Shown here piece after piece: positions 45,419-58,676 of a DNA stretch of 64,000 nucleotides (the first letter of the stretch is position 1; each line of letters starts with the position of its first letter). Position numbers and translations under genes: made by a program. The stretch is from Marinobacter excellens HL-55 (GTDB taxonomy: Bacteria > Pseudomonadota > Gammaproteobacteria > Pseudomonadales > Oleiphilaceae): NCBI GenBank assembly GCA_001314845.1, contig LJZQ01000005.1, forward strand, positions 107,755 through 171,754, in the 5' to 3' direction. Under the pieces are notes generated by a model that saw only the letters and a program-made list of their open reading frames with translations, was not told the origin of the DNA and made no database searches.

Positions 45419-46181
45419 AGAACACCAGCACGCCGATGGTTGGGGAATCGATGAAGTGGATTTCTTCACTGCGCATCCGGCGTGTTTCCCGAATCCAGGT
45501 GACCAGCTGCAGCGGTTCCGCATCAGGTGTTTGGGCGATCTCAAAGAAACCCTCAGCGGTGCTGCCCGAACCAGCCTGAATCTCGGCACTCTGCTCTGTT
45601 TCCTGCTCGCCGGATGCCTCTGGGGGCAGGTCCATGGCAGGCGACCGCAACGCGTCCGGGTTGATCATCCAGTGGTTCAGGTGAACGCCCACGTGCAGGA
45701 AGCGCTGACGGTCAACCTCGATGAACCCCTCCACGGTGTGCAGCCCGGCTTCTGCCAGCCAGTCGCCCATGGCTATCTGCAGTGGTTCGCCGTCGTAATC
45801 CGGTGGAAATGCTTCATACCATCCGGTTGCCGCCAATACCCGATAGTTTCCGCTGCGCTCGAGCCTTGCCGCGGCCTGATTCAGGTGCAGTTCTGAGCGG
45901 GGTACCAGCTTCAGGTCACTGCGGTGGCTGCCGTCTTGCTGCGCCGCCCACAGGGTTTTGTCAGGCTGGATGGTTGGGTCAACCTGCTTGCCAGACATTT
46001 GCTCCTCGATGCCTTTGGGGTCCACCAAACGCTCCAGGATGATGAATTCAGCCCGGTAGTAGTCTTTGGGGGCATTGCCAGGCTGGCTTTGTGCCATCAA
46101 TGCAGAAGGGGCGAGAGCGAGGGCCATAGCCAGGGTGGCTCCGGCCATAATGGGCCTTGAACAGAGAGGTTGGGCTTGCAA
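45393..46181 (-). CDS. csiV: CsiV-family periplasmic protein; start uncertain
   Basis: Signal peptide, YRAEFII, RRMRSEEIHFIDSPTIGVL; downstream of mfd. Confidence 0.8.
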   Translation of the reverse strand: MQAQPLCSRPIMAGATLAMALALAPSALMAQSQPGNAPKDYYRAEFIILERLVDPKGIEEQMSGKQVDPTIQPDKTLWAAQQDGSHRSDLKLVPRSELHLNQAAARLERSGNYRVLAATGWYEAFPPDYDGEPLQIAMGDWLAEAGLHTVEGFIEVDRQRFLHVGVHLNHWMINPDALRSPAMDLPPEASGEQETEQSAEIQAGSGSTAEGFFEIAQTPDAEPLQLVTWIRETRRMRSEEIHFIDSPTIGVLVFFKRIEAGS

Positions 46182-46211
46182 GAGTCTTACTCCACCTGAA
46201 TCGTTGTTGGC

Positions 46212-49200
46212 TCACGACGCCTTGGCTGACTTGCTTTTAGGTGTCAGCTCACCGAGCGCTGCGGCGATAGCGTCGAGTTTACCACCGGTTGAGTCATCAT
46301 TCAGCCGGAAGCGGAAACTGTTGGCACCCTCCAATCGGTAGGTGTCTGGTGCGGATTGCACTTTTTTAACCAGCACCAAAGGGTCTACGGGGGTCGATGC
46401 GCCGAATTCCAGGCGTACCCATTCCTTGCCAGCGTCCACTTTTACGATGCCCAGCGCTTCTGCTTTCAGCCTGAGCTGAGTCTGACGGATCAGGTTTTTT
46501 GCTGGCTCAGGTAATAATCCGAAACGATCGATCATTTCAACCTGAAGTTCTTTTAATGCCTCATCGTCTTTCACGCTGGCAATGCGCTTGTACAGCATCA
46601 GGCGGTTGTGGACATCCGGCAGGTAATCATCGGGGATTAGCGCCGGAATGCGAAGATTGATTTCGGTGCCGTGGCTTAACGGCAGCTCCGCGTTGGGGGT
46701 ACGGCCCTCCCTGATTGCTTTAACGGCCTCATCCAGCAACTGCATGTAAAGGCTGAAACCAATGCTTTCGATCTGGCCGCTTTGTTCGTCGCCGAGCAGT
46801 TCACCCGCGCCGCGGATTTCCAGGTCGTGGGTGGCGAGCATGAATCCGGCGCCCAGATCCTGAGCCTCTGAAATCGCATCCAGTCGTTTTTTCGCGTCGT
46901 TGGAAATGCTTTTGGGTGGTGGCGTCAGTAAGTAAGCGTACGCCTGGTGATGCGATCGGCCAACCCGGCCCCGAAGCTGGTGCAGCTGGGCCAGGCCAAA
47001 CTTGTCGGCCCGCTCGATGATAATGGTGTTGGCGCTTGGTACGTCGATCCCGGTCTCGACGATGGTGGTGCACACCAGCACATTGAAGCGTTTGTGATAG
47101 AAGTCCGACATGATCTGTTCAAGCTGGCGCTCGCGCATCTGGCCGTGGGCTACGCCCACACGGGCTTCCGGAATCAGGCGGCGCAGGTCTTCGGCGGTTT
47201 TCTCAATCGTCGACACATCGTTGTGCAGAAAATACACCTGGCCCCCGCGAAGAATTTCCCGCAGAACGGCTTCTTTCACCATGGCTTCTTCGCGCTGGCG
47301 CACAAAGGTTTTTACCGATAATCGGCGGGCCGGAGGTGTGGCGATGATCGACAGATCCCGCAAGTGGCCCATGGCCATGTTCAGGGTTCGGGGGATGGGG
47401 GTGGCGGTCAGATTGAGCATGTCCACCTCGGCCCTCAGGGATTTCAGCTTTTCTTTTTGCTGAACGCCGAACCGGTGTTCCTCGTCGATAATCACCAGGC
47501 CCAGATTCTTGAACTTCACATCGCCCTGCAACAGCTTATGGGTGCCGATCACGATGTCGGCTTTACCTTCCTCGATGGCCGCCATGGCCTTGCTGGTTTG
47601 GGCGCCGCTGCGGAAACGGCTGAGCAGTTCGATCGACACCGGGGTGTTTGAAAAACGGTCCCGGAAGGATTCATAGTGTTGCTGGGCCAGCAGGGTGGTG
47701 GGCACCAATACAGCGACCTGTTTGCCTGACCAGGTGGCCAGGAAGGCAGCGCGCATCGCCACTTCGGTTTTGCCAAAGCCGACATCGCCACACACCAGGC
47801 GGTCCATGGGCTGCTCGCTGGTCATGTCTTCGAACACCGACTGGATGGCAATTTGCTGATCCGGGGTTTCCTCAAACGGAAAACCAGCGGCAAAGGCGCG
47901 GTAGGCTTCCTTCGGGTCTTCAAACTGAAAGCCCTTGCGGGCTTCCCGTCGGGCGTATACGTCCAGAAGTTCAGCCGCCGTATCGCGGATTTTTTCCAGA
48001 GCTTTCTGTTTGGCGGTGCTCCAGCGATCGGTGCCGAGTTTGTGCAGGGGCGCATGCTCTTCATCGGTGCCGGCGTAGCGGGATATCAGGTGCAAGCTGG
48101 ACACCGGCACATAGAGCTTGGAGCCGCCGGCGTATTCCAGGGTCAGGAATTCGTTGGATTCACCGCCCGCGGTGATAGTTTCCAGGCCCTTATAGCGACC
48201 AACGCCATGGTCAATGTGCACCACGGGCGAGCCCATACGTAGCTCAGACAAGTCACGGTAACCGGCGTCATCTGCCTCGGTTGGCTTGTCGCGGCGCCGG
48301 CGCTGCAAAACCCGCTCTCCAAACAGAGCGGTTTCGGTGATCAGCGCCAGTTGCTGCTCCGGCAATACCATGCCCTGTTCCATCGGGGCGATGGTGATGG
48401 CAAGAGTGGTGCCCTGGCTGTCCAGAAATTCTTGCCAGTTGTCGACGGTGGCCAGTTTGAGTTTGTGATCACCAAGACTCTCAATCAGAGCTTCACGGCG
48501 CCCGGAGGATTCCGCGCAGATCAGTACCCGGCCGGGAAATTCTTTGATAAAGCGCTTGAGCCTCCCGGCGGGGTCGGCTGCTCGGCCATCCATGGCAATG
48601 TCTGGCAGGGCATCGGCATTGCAGTTGGCGGTGCCGGCGCCCTCCATCAGATCGGTGGTGCAGGTGATCCGGGGGTAGCGTTTGAACTCGCCAAAAACCT
48701 CGTCTTGCTGCAGGAACAGCTCGCCCGGCGCCAGGATTGGGCGCATTCGGTCGTGTCGACGGTCCTCGTGGCGACTGCGGGTTTCAGAATCAAAGGCTGC
48801 TACGGCCTCGTTCAGGCCATCTGCCGTAAACACCAGTGTGGTCGAAGGCAGGTAGTCGAACAGGGTGGCCGTGCTGTCGAAAAACAGCGGTAGATAATAT
48901 TCAATGCCGGGCGGAGTAATGCCGTTGCTGACATCCTGGTACACCGGCGAACTTTTATCGGCGTGAGGGAAATGTTCAAACCAGCGGTTACGAAAGCCGG
49001 ATCGCGCCTCTTTGTGCCATGGGAATTCATGGGCGGGCAGCAGCTCGATCTGGTCAATCCGGTCAATCGAGCGCTGGGTTTCCGGATCAAAGGTTCTAAG
49101 CGTTTCGATTTCGTCGTCGAACAGGTCAATCCGGTAGGGCAGGTTAGAACCCATCGGATAGATGTCCAGAATGGCCCCGCGGACCGCGTATTCACCGTGT

Positions 49201-49745
49201 TCATAGACGTTTTCAGTATGATGATAGCCGGCAGCTTCAAGCTGCATGCGCCAGCTGTCGATGTTCAGGGTCTGCCCGGTTTTCAGGAGCAGGGTGTTGC
49301 CCTGTAAATAGCTGGGAGGTGCCAGCCGGTGCATCAGGGTGCGGGCCGGAACCACCAGAATGCCGTGCTGGGTCGAGGGCAGGCGGTGCAGGGTGCGTAT
49401 GCGCCTCGACGTGATGTCCTGGTGTGGAGAGAACAGGTCGTACGGCAGGGTTTCCCAGTCCGGTAACGACAGGAGTTCCAGTCCGTCCTCGGTGGTTGTG
49501 GCGCCGTCTTCTTCCGGCGGCAGGTTCAGGAAAAAGCGGATGGCTTGCTCGAGACGAATGGCGTTCTCCGTACTGCGAGTAACCACCAGCGTCAGCCCTT
49601 TGTGGCTTCGGGCGCTTTCACAAATAGCCAGAGCGTCGCTGCAGCCGTGAAGTTGGCCCCATTTGCGGTGGTCTGCGCTTCGTTCCGGGGCAGCCGGAGC
49701 AATCAGTTGGGCCGTTGAGGTAGCACGGGCTGAACCTTGAGTCAT
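46212..49745 (-). CDS. mfd: Transcription-repair coupling factor
   Basis: WETLPYD, CarD-like VVHIDHGVGRY, CGDVGFGKTEVA, IDEEHRFG, TATPIPRT, QLRGRVGR, TRCF tail. Confidence 0.99.
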   Translation of the reverse strand: MTQGSARATSTAQLIAPAAPERSADHRKWGQLHGCSDALAICESARSHKGLTLVVTRSTENAIRLEQAIRFFLNLPPEEDGATTTEDGLELLSLPDWETLPYDLFSPHQDITSRRIRTLHRLPSTQHGILVVPARTLMHRLAPPSYLQGNTLLLKTGQTLNIDSWRMQLEAAGYHHTENVYEHGEYAVRGAILDIYPMGSNLPYRIDLFDDEIETLRTFDPETQRSIDRIDQIELLPAHEFPWHKEARSGFRNRWFEHFPHADKSSPVYQDVSNGITPPGIEYYLPLFFDSTATLFDYLPSTTLVFTADGLNEAVAAFDSETRSRHEDRRHDRMRPILAPGELFLQQDEVFGEFKRYPRITCTTDLMEGAGTANCNADALPDIAMDGRAADPAGRLKRFIKEFPGRVLICAESSGRREALIESLGDHKLKLATVDNWQEFLDSQGTTLAITIAPMEQGMVLPEQQLALITETALFGERVLQRRRRDKPTEADDAGYRDLSELRMGSPVVHIDHGVGRYKGLETITAGGESNEFLTLEYAGGSKLYVPVSSLHLISRYAGTDEEHAPLHKLGTDRWSTAKQKALEKIRDTAAELLDVYARREARKGFQFEDPKEAYRAFAAGFPFEETPDQQIAIQSVFEDMTSEQPMDRLVCGDVGFGKTEVAMRAAFLATWSGKQVAVLVPTTLLAQQHYESFRDRFSNTPVSIELLSRFRSGAQTSKAMAAIEEGKADIVIGTHKLLQGDVKFKNLGLVIIDEEHRFGVQQKEKLKSLRAEVDMLNLTATPIPRTLNMAMGHLRDLSIIATPPARRLSVKTFVRQREEAMVKEAVLREILRGGQVYFLHNDVSTIEKTAEDLRRLIPEARVGVAHGQMRERQLEQIMSDFYHKRFNVLVCTTIVETGIDVPSANTIIIERADKFGLAQLHQLRGRVGRSHHQAYAYLLTPPPKSISNDAKKRLDAISEAQDLGAGFMLATHDLEIRGAGELLGDEQSGQIESIGFSLYMQLLDEAVKAIREGRTPNAELPLSHGTEINLRIPALIPDDYLPDVHNRLMLYKRIASVKDDEALKELQVEMIDRFGLLPEPAKNLIRQTQLRLKAEALGIVKVDAGKEWVRLEFGASTPVDPLVLVKKVQSAPDTYRLEGANSFRFRLNDDSTGGKLDAIAAALGELTPKSKSAKAS

Positions 49746-49791
49746 GAGCTGACAAATCTCCTGGATTGGCGCGTCTGGAACAGGGCGGCGC

Positions 49792-49873
49792 TATTCTAGC
49801 GTTCGGGGGTTTCAGTGTCATGGCCGGGGCAGACAAATCGCTATTTGCCGTGAGGCGTCTTAAGTTGGATAAT
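49792..49873. promoter_or_regulatory. Divergent sigma70-type promoters for mfd and gap
   Basis: Minus: ATGACA-N18-TAGAAT (49821-49792); plus: TTGCCG-N17-GATAAT (49845-49873); both followed by GC-rich discriminators. Confidence 0.5.
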
Positions 49874-49915
49874 GTGCGCCTAAAATTATTCCCAGTGCTA
49901 TACGAGGTTCCAACC

Positions 49916-51385
49916 GTGAGTCACGAACAAATCAACCAGCACCTGTCCAACTGGATGGATAGAGAGTCTACCGCGGAAGCCATGATTCCGCTTATCGGTC
50001 GTCTCTATCGCAAGAACAACGTAGTTACGTCAGTCTATGGCCGGGCGATCATCAACCAATCAGTGATTGACATCATTCGCGCCCACCGCTTTGTTCGTCA
50101 GGTTGAAAACAGCGAATTGTCTGTTCATGACACGTTGCCGATTTTACAGGCGATGGACGGGATGGAGCTGGGCCGCGCCCACGTCGATATCGGTAAACTA
50201 GCGGTGAAGTTCAAGTCAGAAGGTGGCGACCTGGTTGAGTTCCTCAAGCGCGAGATTGGCCCGGTTGTCGGGCAGTATGCGACCCAGCCAGAACGCGATG
50301 CCCGCAACGAAACCAAAGACGTTGTACTGTACGGTTTCGGTCGGATTGGTCGTTTGCTGACGCGTATTCTGGTGGAAAAAGCTGGTGGTGGTAACGACTT
50401 GCGCCTTCGCGCCATTGTGGTTCGCAAGGGTGGTGCAGAGAACGATCTGGAAAAGCGCGCGAGCCTGTTGCGTCGTGATTCTGTGCACGGGCCGTTCGAC
50501 GGCAGCATCACTGTGGATCAGGAAAACTGTGCTCTGATTGCCAACGGTAACTTCATCAAGGTGATCTATTCTGACGGCCCGGACAAGGTTGATTACACCG
50601 AGTACGGCATTAACAACGCCATTGTGGTTGATAACACAGGCATCTGGCGCGACGAAGCCGGCCTGGGTCTGCACCTGAAGTCCAAAGGCGTGAGCCGGGT
50701 TATCCTGACCGCTCCGGGTAAAGGCGACATCAAGAACATTGTTTATGGTATCAACAATGACTGGATCACTGACGAAGACAAGATTCTGTCAGCTGCCTCC
50801 TGTACTACTAACGCCATCACGCCGGTGCTCAAGGCCATTCACGACGAGTACGGCATTGAAGATGGTCACGTTGAAACCGTGCACTCCTACACCAACGATC
50901 AGAACCTGATCGACAACTACCACAAGGGTAGCCGTCGGGGTCGCAGTGCGGCGCTGAACATGGTCATTACTGAGACCGGTGCAGCCAAGGCTGTTGCCAA
51001 GGCGCTGCCGGAGTTGAAGGGCAAGTTGAGCGGCAATGCCATTCGCGTTCCGACTCCGAACGTATCTATGGCCATTCTTAATCTGAACCTGAAGTCTGAT
51101 GTGGATGTTGAGAAGGTCAACGAATACCTTCGCGAAATGGCACTGCATTCCGAGCTGCAAAAGCAGATTGACTTCGTTAACTCTCCCGAAGTGGTCTCAA
51201 CAGATTTCGTTGGCTCTCGCCATGCCGGCATTGTTGATGCCCAGGCCACGATCGCCAACGGCAAACGCCTGATTCTCTATGTTTGGTACGACAATGAGTT
51301 CGGTTACAGCGCCCAGGTTATCCGTTGCGTCAATCAGATGGCAGGCGTCACCTATCCGATTTTCCCGAAGCGCGCCCGCGACTAA
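49916..51385 (+). CDS. gap: Glyceraldehyde-3-phosphate dehydrogenase, long N-terminally extended form
   Basis: YGFGRIGR, ASCTTN, VWYDNEFGY; GTG start at 49916 with GAGG RBS. Confidence 0.95.
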   Translation: MSHEQINQHLSNWMDRESTAEAMIPLIGRLYRKNNVVTSVYGRAIINQSVIDIIRAHRFVRQVENSELSVHDTLPILQAMDGMELGRAHVDIGKLAVKFKSEGGDLVEFLKREIGPVVGQYATQPERDARNETKDVVLYGFGRIGRLLTRILVEKAGGGNDLRLRAIVVRKGGAENDLEKRASLLRRDSVHGPFDGSITVDQENCALIANGNFIKVIYSDGPDKVDYTEYGINNAIVVDNTGIWRDEAGLGLHLKSKGVSRVILTAPGKGDIKNIVYGINNDWITDEDKILSAASCTTNAITPVLKAIHDEYGIEDGHVETVHSYTNDQNLIDNYHKGSRRGRSAALNMVITETGAAKAVAKALPELKGKLSGNAIRVPTPNVSMAILNLNLKSDVDVEKVNEYLREMALHSELQKQIDFVNSPEVVSTDFVGSRHAGIVDAQATIANGKRLILYVWYDNEFGYSAQVIRCVNQMAGVTYPIFPKRARD

Positions 51386-51421
51386 AGTCGCAACGGTGTT
51401 CTAAAGGTTAGGTTTATAGAG

Positions 51422-51450
51422 CCCCGGTAGCTTTGGCTGCCGGGGTTTTT
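51422..51450 (+). terminator. Intrinsic terminator after gap
   Basis: CCCCGGTAGC-TTTG-GCTGCCGGGG-TTTTT. Confidence 0.9.
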
Positions 51451-51670
51451 CGTTACTTGGGGCTACAAAACCATTTCCCTTATCGGTGGAAATGGCTTGT
51501 CTTAATCTCTATAATTGGCGCGATTTTGGGTATGTCTGGCTCCCCAATTCTCATATTTTCCTGCGTTGAGCGCCAAGTGGCTTAAAGTGCCGTGGCGTTA
51601 AGGCTGCAAACCGTCGTTTTACCGTCGTTATGTAGCCGGAAAACCTGGGTGCAGGGGCTGGGCGTTGTAA

Positions 51671-53056
<1,386 letters not shown>

Positions 53057-53060
53057 TACG

Positions 53061-54269
53061 ATGGCAATCCGACAGTTTCTCGATGGTATCGAGCACCACT
53101 TTGAAAAAGGTGGCAAACATGAGCGTTGGTATGCGCTTTATGAAGCCGTCGATACCATTTTCTACACGCCTGGCAAGGTGGCTTCGACTACTTCTCATGT
53201 GCGTGACGGCGTAGATCTTAAGCGCATCATGATTACCGTGTGGATGTGTACCTTCCCGGCCATGTTCTTTGGTATGTGGAACATTGGCTTTCAAGCCAAC
53301 AGCTATCTCGCGACCAACCCGGACGCCATGATCGCTGACGGCGGCCTGCGTGAAGCCTTTATCACCGCTCTGGCGGTAACTGGCTCCGGCGCCGGCTTGT
53401 GGGACAACTTCGTATACGGCATGGCTTACTTTGTGCCCATTTATGCGGTGACCTTTATTGTTGGTGGTTTCTGGGAAGTTCTGTTCGCCACCGTGCGTCG
53501 TCACGAAGTGAACGAAGGTTTCTTCGTAACGTCCGTGCTGTTCGCGCTGATCTGTCCGCCCACCATTCCTCTGTGGCAGGTGGCTCTGGGTATCACCTTC
53601 GGTGTGGTAATCGGCAAGGAAGTGTTTGGCGGTACTGGCAAAAACTTCCTGAATCCGGCCCTGACAGGCCGTGCGTTCCTGTACTTTGCTTATCCGGCAC
53701 AGATTTCCGGTGACACCGTCTGGACAGCCGTAGATGGCTTCAGTGGCGCAACCGCTTTGAGCTGGGCTGCTTCCGGCGGTATGGAAGCGCTTGAGACTCA
53801 GATCGGCTGGATGAACGCGTTTGTTGGAACGATTCAGGGCTCCATGGGTGAAACGTCGACCGTAGCGGTATTGATCGGCGGTCTGATTTTGCTGGCCATG
53901 AAGATTGCCTCCTACCGGATCGTCGGTGGTGTGTTGCTGGGCATGATCGGTATGTCGCTGCTGCTCAATATTATCGGCTCCGACACCAATCCGATGTTCG
54001 ACGTACCCGCGCATTGGCACCTGGTAATGGGTGGTTTCGCCTTCGGTATGATGTTCATGGCAACTGACCCGGTTTCTGCAGCTATGACCAACACCGGCCG
54101 CTGGTGCTTTGGTATCCTGGTGGGTGTCATGACTGTGCTGATCCGTGTGGTCAACCCTGCGTTCCCGGAAGGCATAATGCTGGCCATTCTGTTCGCTAAC
54201 CTGTTCGCGCCGCTGATGGATCATTATGTGGTGCAGGCCAACATCAAACGGAGGCTCGCACGTGGCTAA
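53061..54269 (+). CDS. nqrB: Na+-NQR subunit B
   Basis: FMN site [22 protein letters not shown]. Confidence 0.98.
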   Translation: MAIRQFLDGIEHHFEKGGKHERWYALYEAVDTIFYTPGKVASTTSHVRDGVDLKRIMITVWMCTFPAMFFGMWNIGFQANSYLATNPDAMIADGGLREAFITALAVTGSGAGLWDNFVYGMAYFVPIYAVTFIVGGFWEVLFATVRRHEVNEGFFVTSVLFALICPPTIPLWQVALGITFGVVIGKEVFGGTGKNFLNPALTGRAFLYFAYPAQISGDTVWTAVDGFSGATALSWAASGGMEALETQIGWMNAFVGTIQGSMGETSTVAVLIGGLILLAMKIASYRIVGGVLLGMIGMSLLLNIIGSDTNPMFDVPAHWHLVMGGFAFGMMFMATDPVSAAMTNTGRWCFGILVGVMTVLIRVVNPAFPEGIMLAILFANLFAPLMDHYVVQANIKRRLARG

Positions 54270-55065
54270 AGCTAAAGATACTGTCTCCAGAACGCTGTTG
54301 GTGGCCCTGGTATTGAGTGTGGTTTTCTCGGTTGTGGTGTCTACGGCCGCCGTCGTGCTCAGACCGGCCCAGATCATGAACCAGAATCTGGACATAAAAA
54401 CCAATATCCTGGCAGCCGCTGGCATGTTGAAGGAAGGCGCAAGCGCTGAAGAGATCGAGGAAGAGTTCTCCCGTTTCGACGTGCGCTTGCTGGATCTCGA
54501 CAGTGGAAATTTTGTAGAGCCGTCTGATGTGGGTGTTGAGGATCCCATGAAGTACGACATGTACAAAGCTGCTTCGGATCCGCAAATGTCCACCAACATT
54601 CCGAGTTCCGAAGATAAGGCTGGCATCAAGCGCCGCCCTAACGTGGCCAAGATTTACACGTTGACCGAGAACGACGAGCTGGTTCGAGTGGTTCTGCCGG
54701 TCCACGGTTATGGCTTGTGGTCCACACTGTATGGGTTCGTGTCACTGGAAGGTGATGCCAACACCATCGAAGGTCTGGGCTTCTACGATCATGCAGAAAC
54801 TCCGGGATTGGGCGGTGAGGTGGACAACCCGCGTTGGAAGAGCCAGTGGGTAGGCAAGGAAGTCTACGGTGACGACCTGCAAGAGCCTCAGGTTCGCCTG
54901 GTCAAGGGTGGCGTAAGTTCTGATGCCGCTGACCGGGAACACAAGGTGGATGCGCTTTCCGGTGCAACCTTGACGAGCCGCGGTGTTGAACAGCTGGTGA
55001 ACTACTGGATGGGTGACCGTGGCTACGCGCCGTTCCTGAAAAAACTTCGTGAAGGGGAGGTCTGA
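54262..55065 (+). CDS. nqrC: Na+-NQR subunit C
   Basis: [18 protein letters not shown] site [10 protein letters not shown]; GTG start at 54262. Confidence 0.97.
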   Translation: MAKAKDTVSRTLLVALVLSVVFSVVVSTAAVVLRPAQIMNQNLDIKTNILAAAGMLKEGASAEEIEEEFSRFDVRLLDLDSGNFVEPSDVGVEDPMKYDMYKAASDPQMSTNIPSSEDKAGIKRRPNVAKIYTLTENDELVRVVLPVHGYGLWSTLYGFVSLEGDANTIEGLGFYDHAETPGLGGEVDNPRWKSQWVGKEVYGDDLQEPQVRLVKGGVSSDAADREHKVDALSGATLTSRGVEQLVNYWMGDRGYAPFLKKLREGEV

Positions 55066-55067
55066 TC

Positions 55068-55733
55068 ATGGCAGACGCTTCAGCCAAACAGGTTCTCTTC
55101 GAGCCGATTTTCAGTAACAACCCGATCGCCCTGCAGATTCTTGGTATCTGTTCGGCGCTGGCAGTGACCACCAGCATGAACGTAACTCTGGTTATGTGTG
55201 CGGCGGTTATTGCGGTAACGGCTTTTTCCAACCTGGCGGTTTCGCTGGTGCGCACCCAGATTCCGGGGAGCATCCGCATCATCGTTCAAATGACCATCAT
55301 TGCCTCGCTGGTTATTGTGGTGGATCAGGTGCTCAAGGCGTACGCCTACGAGATCTCCAAGCAGCTTTCGGTTTTTGTAGGGCTGATCATCACTAACTGT
55401 ATCGTTATGGGTCGCGCCGAAGGGTTTGCCATGAAAAATGGCCCCTACCTGAGCTTCCTTGACGGTATCGGTAATGGCCTGGGCTATTCGGTGCTGCTGA
55501 TTTTTGTGGCGTTCTTCCGTGAGCTGCTGGGTGCTGGGTCCCTGTTTGGGGTTTCCCTGATGCCGGTGGTGAACGAAGGCGGTTGGTACGTGCCTAACGG
55601 CCTGCTGCTGCTGCCGCCGAGCGCGTTCTTTATTATCGGCCTGGCGATCTGGGGTCTGCGTACCTGGAAGCCGGAGCAGATTGAAGAGCCTGACTACAAA
55701 ATGTCGCGCCACACCACCAAGGAGGCCTTCTGA
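55068..55733 (+). CDS. nqrD: Na+-NQR subunit D
   Basis: [23 protein letters not shown]. Confidence 0.98.
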   Translation: MADASAKQVLFEPIFSNNPIALQILGICSALAVTTSMNVTLVMCAAVIAVTAFSNLAVSLVRTQIPGSIRIIVQMTIIASLVIVVDQVLKAYAYEISKQLSVFVGLIITNCIVMGRAEGFAMKNGPYLSFLDGIGNGLGYSVLLIFVAFFRELLGAGSLFGVSLMPVVNEGGWYVPNGLLLLPPSAFFIIGLAIWGLRTWKPEQIEEPDYKMSRHTTKEAF

Positions 55734-56341
55734 TGGAACATTATATCAGCTTGATTCTGAAGGCCATTTTCGTTGAGAACATGGCGCTGGCCTTCTTTCT
55801 CGGCATGTGCACCTTCCTGGCGATCTCGAAGAAAATCGAGGCTGCGCTGGGGCTGGGTATTGCGGTTGTTGTGGTGCTGACCATCACCGTTCCGGTAAAC
55901 AATCTGCTGTATAACGGCATTTTGCGCGAAGGTGCCCTTGATTGGGCGGGTCTTTCCAACGTAGATCTGAGCTTTCTCGGGCTTATTACGTATATCGGAA
56001 TAATCGCGGCGATTGTGCAGATCATGGAAATGGTTCTGGACAAGTACATCCCGGCTCTATATTCAGCGCTCGGTGTGTTCCTGCCGTTGATAACCGTGAA
56101 TTGTGCCATTCTGGGTGCGTCTCTGTTCATGGTAGAGCGGGACTACAACTTCGGAGAAAGTGTGGTTTACGGCTTCGGTGCCGGTGTTGGCTGGGCGTTG
56201 GCAATTGTTGCGTTGGCGGGCATCCGTGAAAAGCTGAAGTACAGCGATGTGCCGGAAGGACTGCGAGGCCTGGGTATCACCTTCATTACTGTCGGCTTGA
56301 TGTCCCTTGGCTTTATGTCGTTCTCTGGTATTTCACTGTAA
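55733..56341 (+). CDS. nqrE: Na+-NQR subunit E
   Basis: [20 protein letters not shown]. Confidence 0.98.
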   Translation: MEHYISLILKAIFVENMALAFFLGMCTFLAISKKIEAALGLGIAVVVVLTITVPVNNLLYNGILREGALDWAGLSNVDLSFLGLITYIGIIAAIVQIMEMVLDKYIPALYSALGVFLPLITVNCAILGASLFMVERDYNFGESVVYGFGAGVGWALAIVALAGIREKLKYSDVPEGLRGLGITFITVGLMSLGFMSFSGISL

Positions 56342-56378
56342 TCAACCCGGTGATTCGGTTTAACGAAAAGGCGAGACC

Positions 56379-57605
56379 ATGAGTACTGAAATTATTCTTG
56401 GCGTGGTCATGTTCACCGTTATCGTACTGGCGCTGGTCGCGATTATCCTCGCGGCTCGTTCAAAGCTGGTAAGCACCGGTGATGTGACCATCGAAATCAA
56501 TGACGACCCGGAGCATACGCTGACCACTGAGGCCGGCGGTAAGCTTCTGGGAACTTTAGCAAACAGCGGTATCTTTCTGTCTTCCGCCTGTGGCGGCGGC
56601 GGTACCTGCGCCCAGTGCAAGTGCAAGGTTCTGGAAGGCGGCGGCGCTATGCTGCCGACGGAAAAGACCCACTTCACTAACCGTGAAGAGAAGGAAGGCT
56701 GGCGTTTGTCTTGCCAGGTTCCTGTAAAACAGGACATGAAAGTAGAGGTGCCGGAAGAATTCTTCGGCGTGAAGAAGTGGGAATGCGAAGTGGTTTCCAA
56801 CCACAACGTGGCCACCTTCATCAAAGAACTGGTGCTGAAGTTGCCGGAAGGCGAGGAAGTGGACTTCCGCGCTGGTGGTTATGTCCAGCTGGAGTGCCCC
56901 CCGTACGAAATTAACTTCAAGGATTTCGATATCGAGGAAGAGTTCCACGAAGACTGGGACAAGCACGACATCTGGCGTTACAAAGCCATTAACAAAGAAG
57001 ACACCATCCGCGCCTATTCGATGGCGAACTACCCGGAAGAGAAGGGTGTCCTCAAGTTCAACATCCGTATCGCCACGCCGCCTCCTGGCACTGATCACCT
57101 GCCGGGCATCATGTCCAGCTTCGTGTTCAACCTGAAGCCAGGTGACAAGATGACGGTTATGGGGCCATTTGGTGAGTTCTTCGCCAAGAAGACCGATGCT
57201 GAGATGGTGTTTGTGGGCGGCGGTGCCGGTATGGCGCCAATGCGTTCGCACATCTTTGATCAGCTCAAGCGCCTGAACTCCAAGCGTAAGATCAGCTTCT
57301 GGTACGGTGCACGAAGTGTTCGTGAAATGTTCTATGTGGAAGACTTTGACGGTCTGGCCGCTGAGAACGACAACTTCGAGTGGCATGTGGCTTTGTCTGA
57401 TGCGCTGCCGAGTGACAACTGGGAAGGCCCGACCGGGTTTATCCACAACGTGTTGTACGAAAACTATCTGAAGGACCATCCGGCTCCGGAAGACTGTGAG
57501 TTTTACATGTGTGGGCCTCCCATCATGAACGCATCCGTGATCAAGATGCTGAAAGATCTTGGTGTTGAGGATGAGAACATCATGCTGGATGACTTTGGGG
57601 GTTAA
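56379..57605 (+). CDS. nqrF: Na+-NQR subunit F
   Basis: [33 protein letters not shown]. Confidence 0.98.
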   Translation: MSTEIILGVVMFTVIVLALVAIILAARSKLVSTGDVTIEINDDPEHTLTTEAGGKLLGTLANSGIFLSSACGGGGTCAQCKCKVLEGGGAMLPTEKTHFTNREEKEGWRLSCQVPVKQDMKVEVPEEFFGVKKWECEVVSNHNVATFIKELVLKLPEGEEVDFRAGGYVQLECPPYEINFKDFDIEEEFHEDWDKHDIWRYKAINKEDTIRAYSMANYPEEKGVLKFNIRIATPPPGTDHLPGIMSSFVFNLKPGDKMTVMGPFGEFFAKKTDAEMVFVGGGAGMAPMRSHIFDQLKRLNSKRKISFWYGARSVREMFYVEDFDGLAAENDNFEWHVALSDALPSDNWEGPTGFIHNVLYENYLKDHPAPEDCEFYMCGPPIMNASVIKMLKDLGVEDENIMLDDFGG

Positions 57606-57614
57606 TTAACTCAC

Positions 57615-58664
57615 ATGACATCCCGCGTGTATGAGCCCGTCAGGGTGGTTATGGTCAGTGTCCTGTGGGCACTGGCGATGGCTGCCCTGGCGGGTTGCTC
57701 GTTTCAGGACGAGGAAAAAGTCTGGGAGATCTCCGGTGGCATCTTTGGCACGACGTATCACATTAACGTCGTATTGCCAGAGGACGAGGAACGGCTGCAG
57801 ACTCTCGCCAGAGGCATACAACGAGAACTGGATCAGGTAGACGCCATTATGTCGACCTGGAAGCAGGATTCAGAGCTGTCGCGTTTAAACCAGGCTCCTG
57901 ATCAGTCCGACTGGACCGTGCTATCACAGTCCTTGTTTGAAGTTATTCAGCGGGCGCAGGAAATCGCCGAGATGACAGACGGCGCCTTTGATATCACCAT
58001 TGGTCCTGTAGTCAATCTTTGGGGCTTCGGTCCGGATGCAAGGCCGGTTGACGTGCCATCACAAGCTGAACTTGAGGCGATGTTGGCGGTGACCGGTTAT
58101 CGCTATCTCGAGCTGGACACGGCGACACTCGCCATTCGAAGTGAGAAGCCCCAGTACATTGATTTATCCGGGATTGCCAAAGGCTACGGGGTAGACTTAG
58201 TGGCCCGTTACCTCGACAGCGAGGGTGTCGGCGCGTACCTTGTCGAGATAGGTGGCGAAGTCAGGGTAAATGGCCGCAAACCCGGTGGCGGCGCCTGGCG
58301 CCTGGCCATTGAGGAGCCTTCCGAGCAGGCCCGGCAGGTTAACAAGATCGTCGCGATGGACCAACAGGCCATGGCTACGTCCGGTGACTATCGTAACTAT
58401 TACGAATCGGATGGCCAGCGCTATTCGCATACAATAGATCCATCGACGGGCAGGCCTGTTACCAACAAGCTGGCATCAGTGACCGTCATTACCGAAGACA
58501 GTATGACGGCTGACGCGCTGGCAACGGCTTTTACGGTGATGGGGTATGAGCGGGCGGCAAGTCTGGCAGCCCGGGAGAATATTGCAGCGTATTTTATTGT
58601 AAGAGGAGACGACGGTTTTGATGTACACCAGACACCCGCGTTTTCATCTTATGTTGTCCAGTAG
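57615..58664 (+). CDS. apbE: FAD:protein FMN transferase ApbE
   Basis: Lipobox LAGC, DLSGIAKGYGVD, ATSGDYRNY, ADALATAF. Confidence 0.95.
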   Translation: MTSRVYEPVRVVMVSVLWALAMAALAGCSFQDEEKVWEISGGIFGTTYHINVVLPEDEERLQTLARGIQRELDQVDAIMSTWKQDSELSRLNQAPDQSDWTVLSQSLFEVIQRAQEIAEMTDGAFDITIGPVVNLWGFGPDARPVDVPSQAELEAMLAVTGYRYLELDTATLAIRSEKPQYIDLSGIAKGYGVDLVARYLDSEGVGAYLVEIGGEVRVNGRKPGGGAWRLAIEEPSEQARQVNKIVAMDQQAMATSGDYRNYYESDGQRYSHTIDPSTGRPVTNKLASVTVITEDSMTADALATAFTVMGYERAASLAARENIAAYFIVRGDDGFDVHQTPAFSSYVVQ

Positions 58665-58676
58665 AGGAGGACAGTA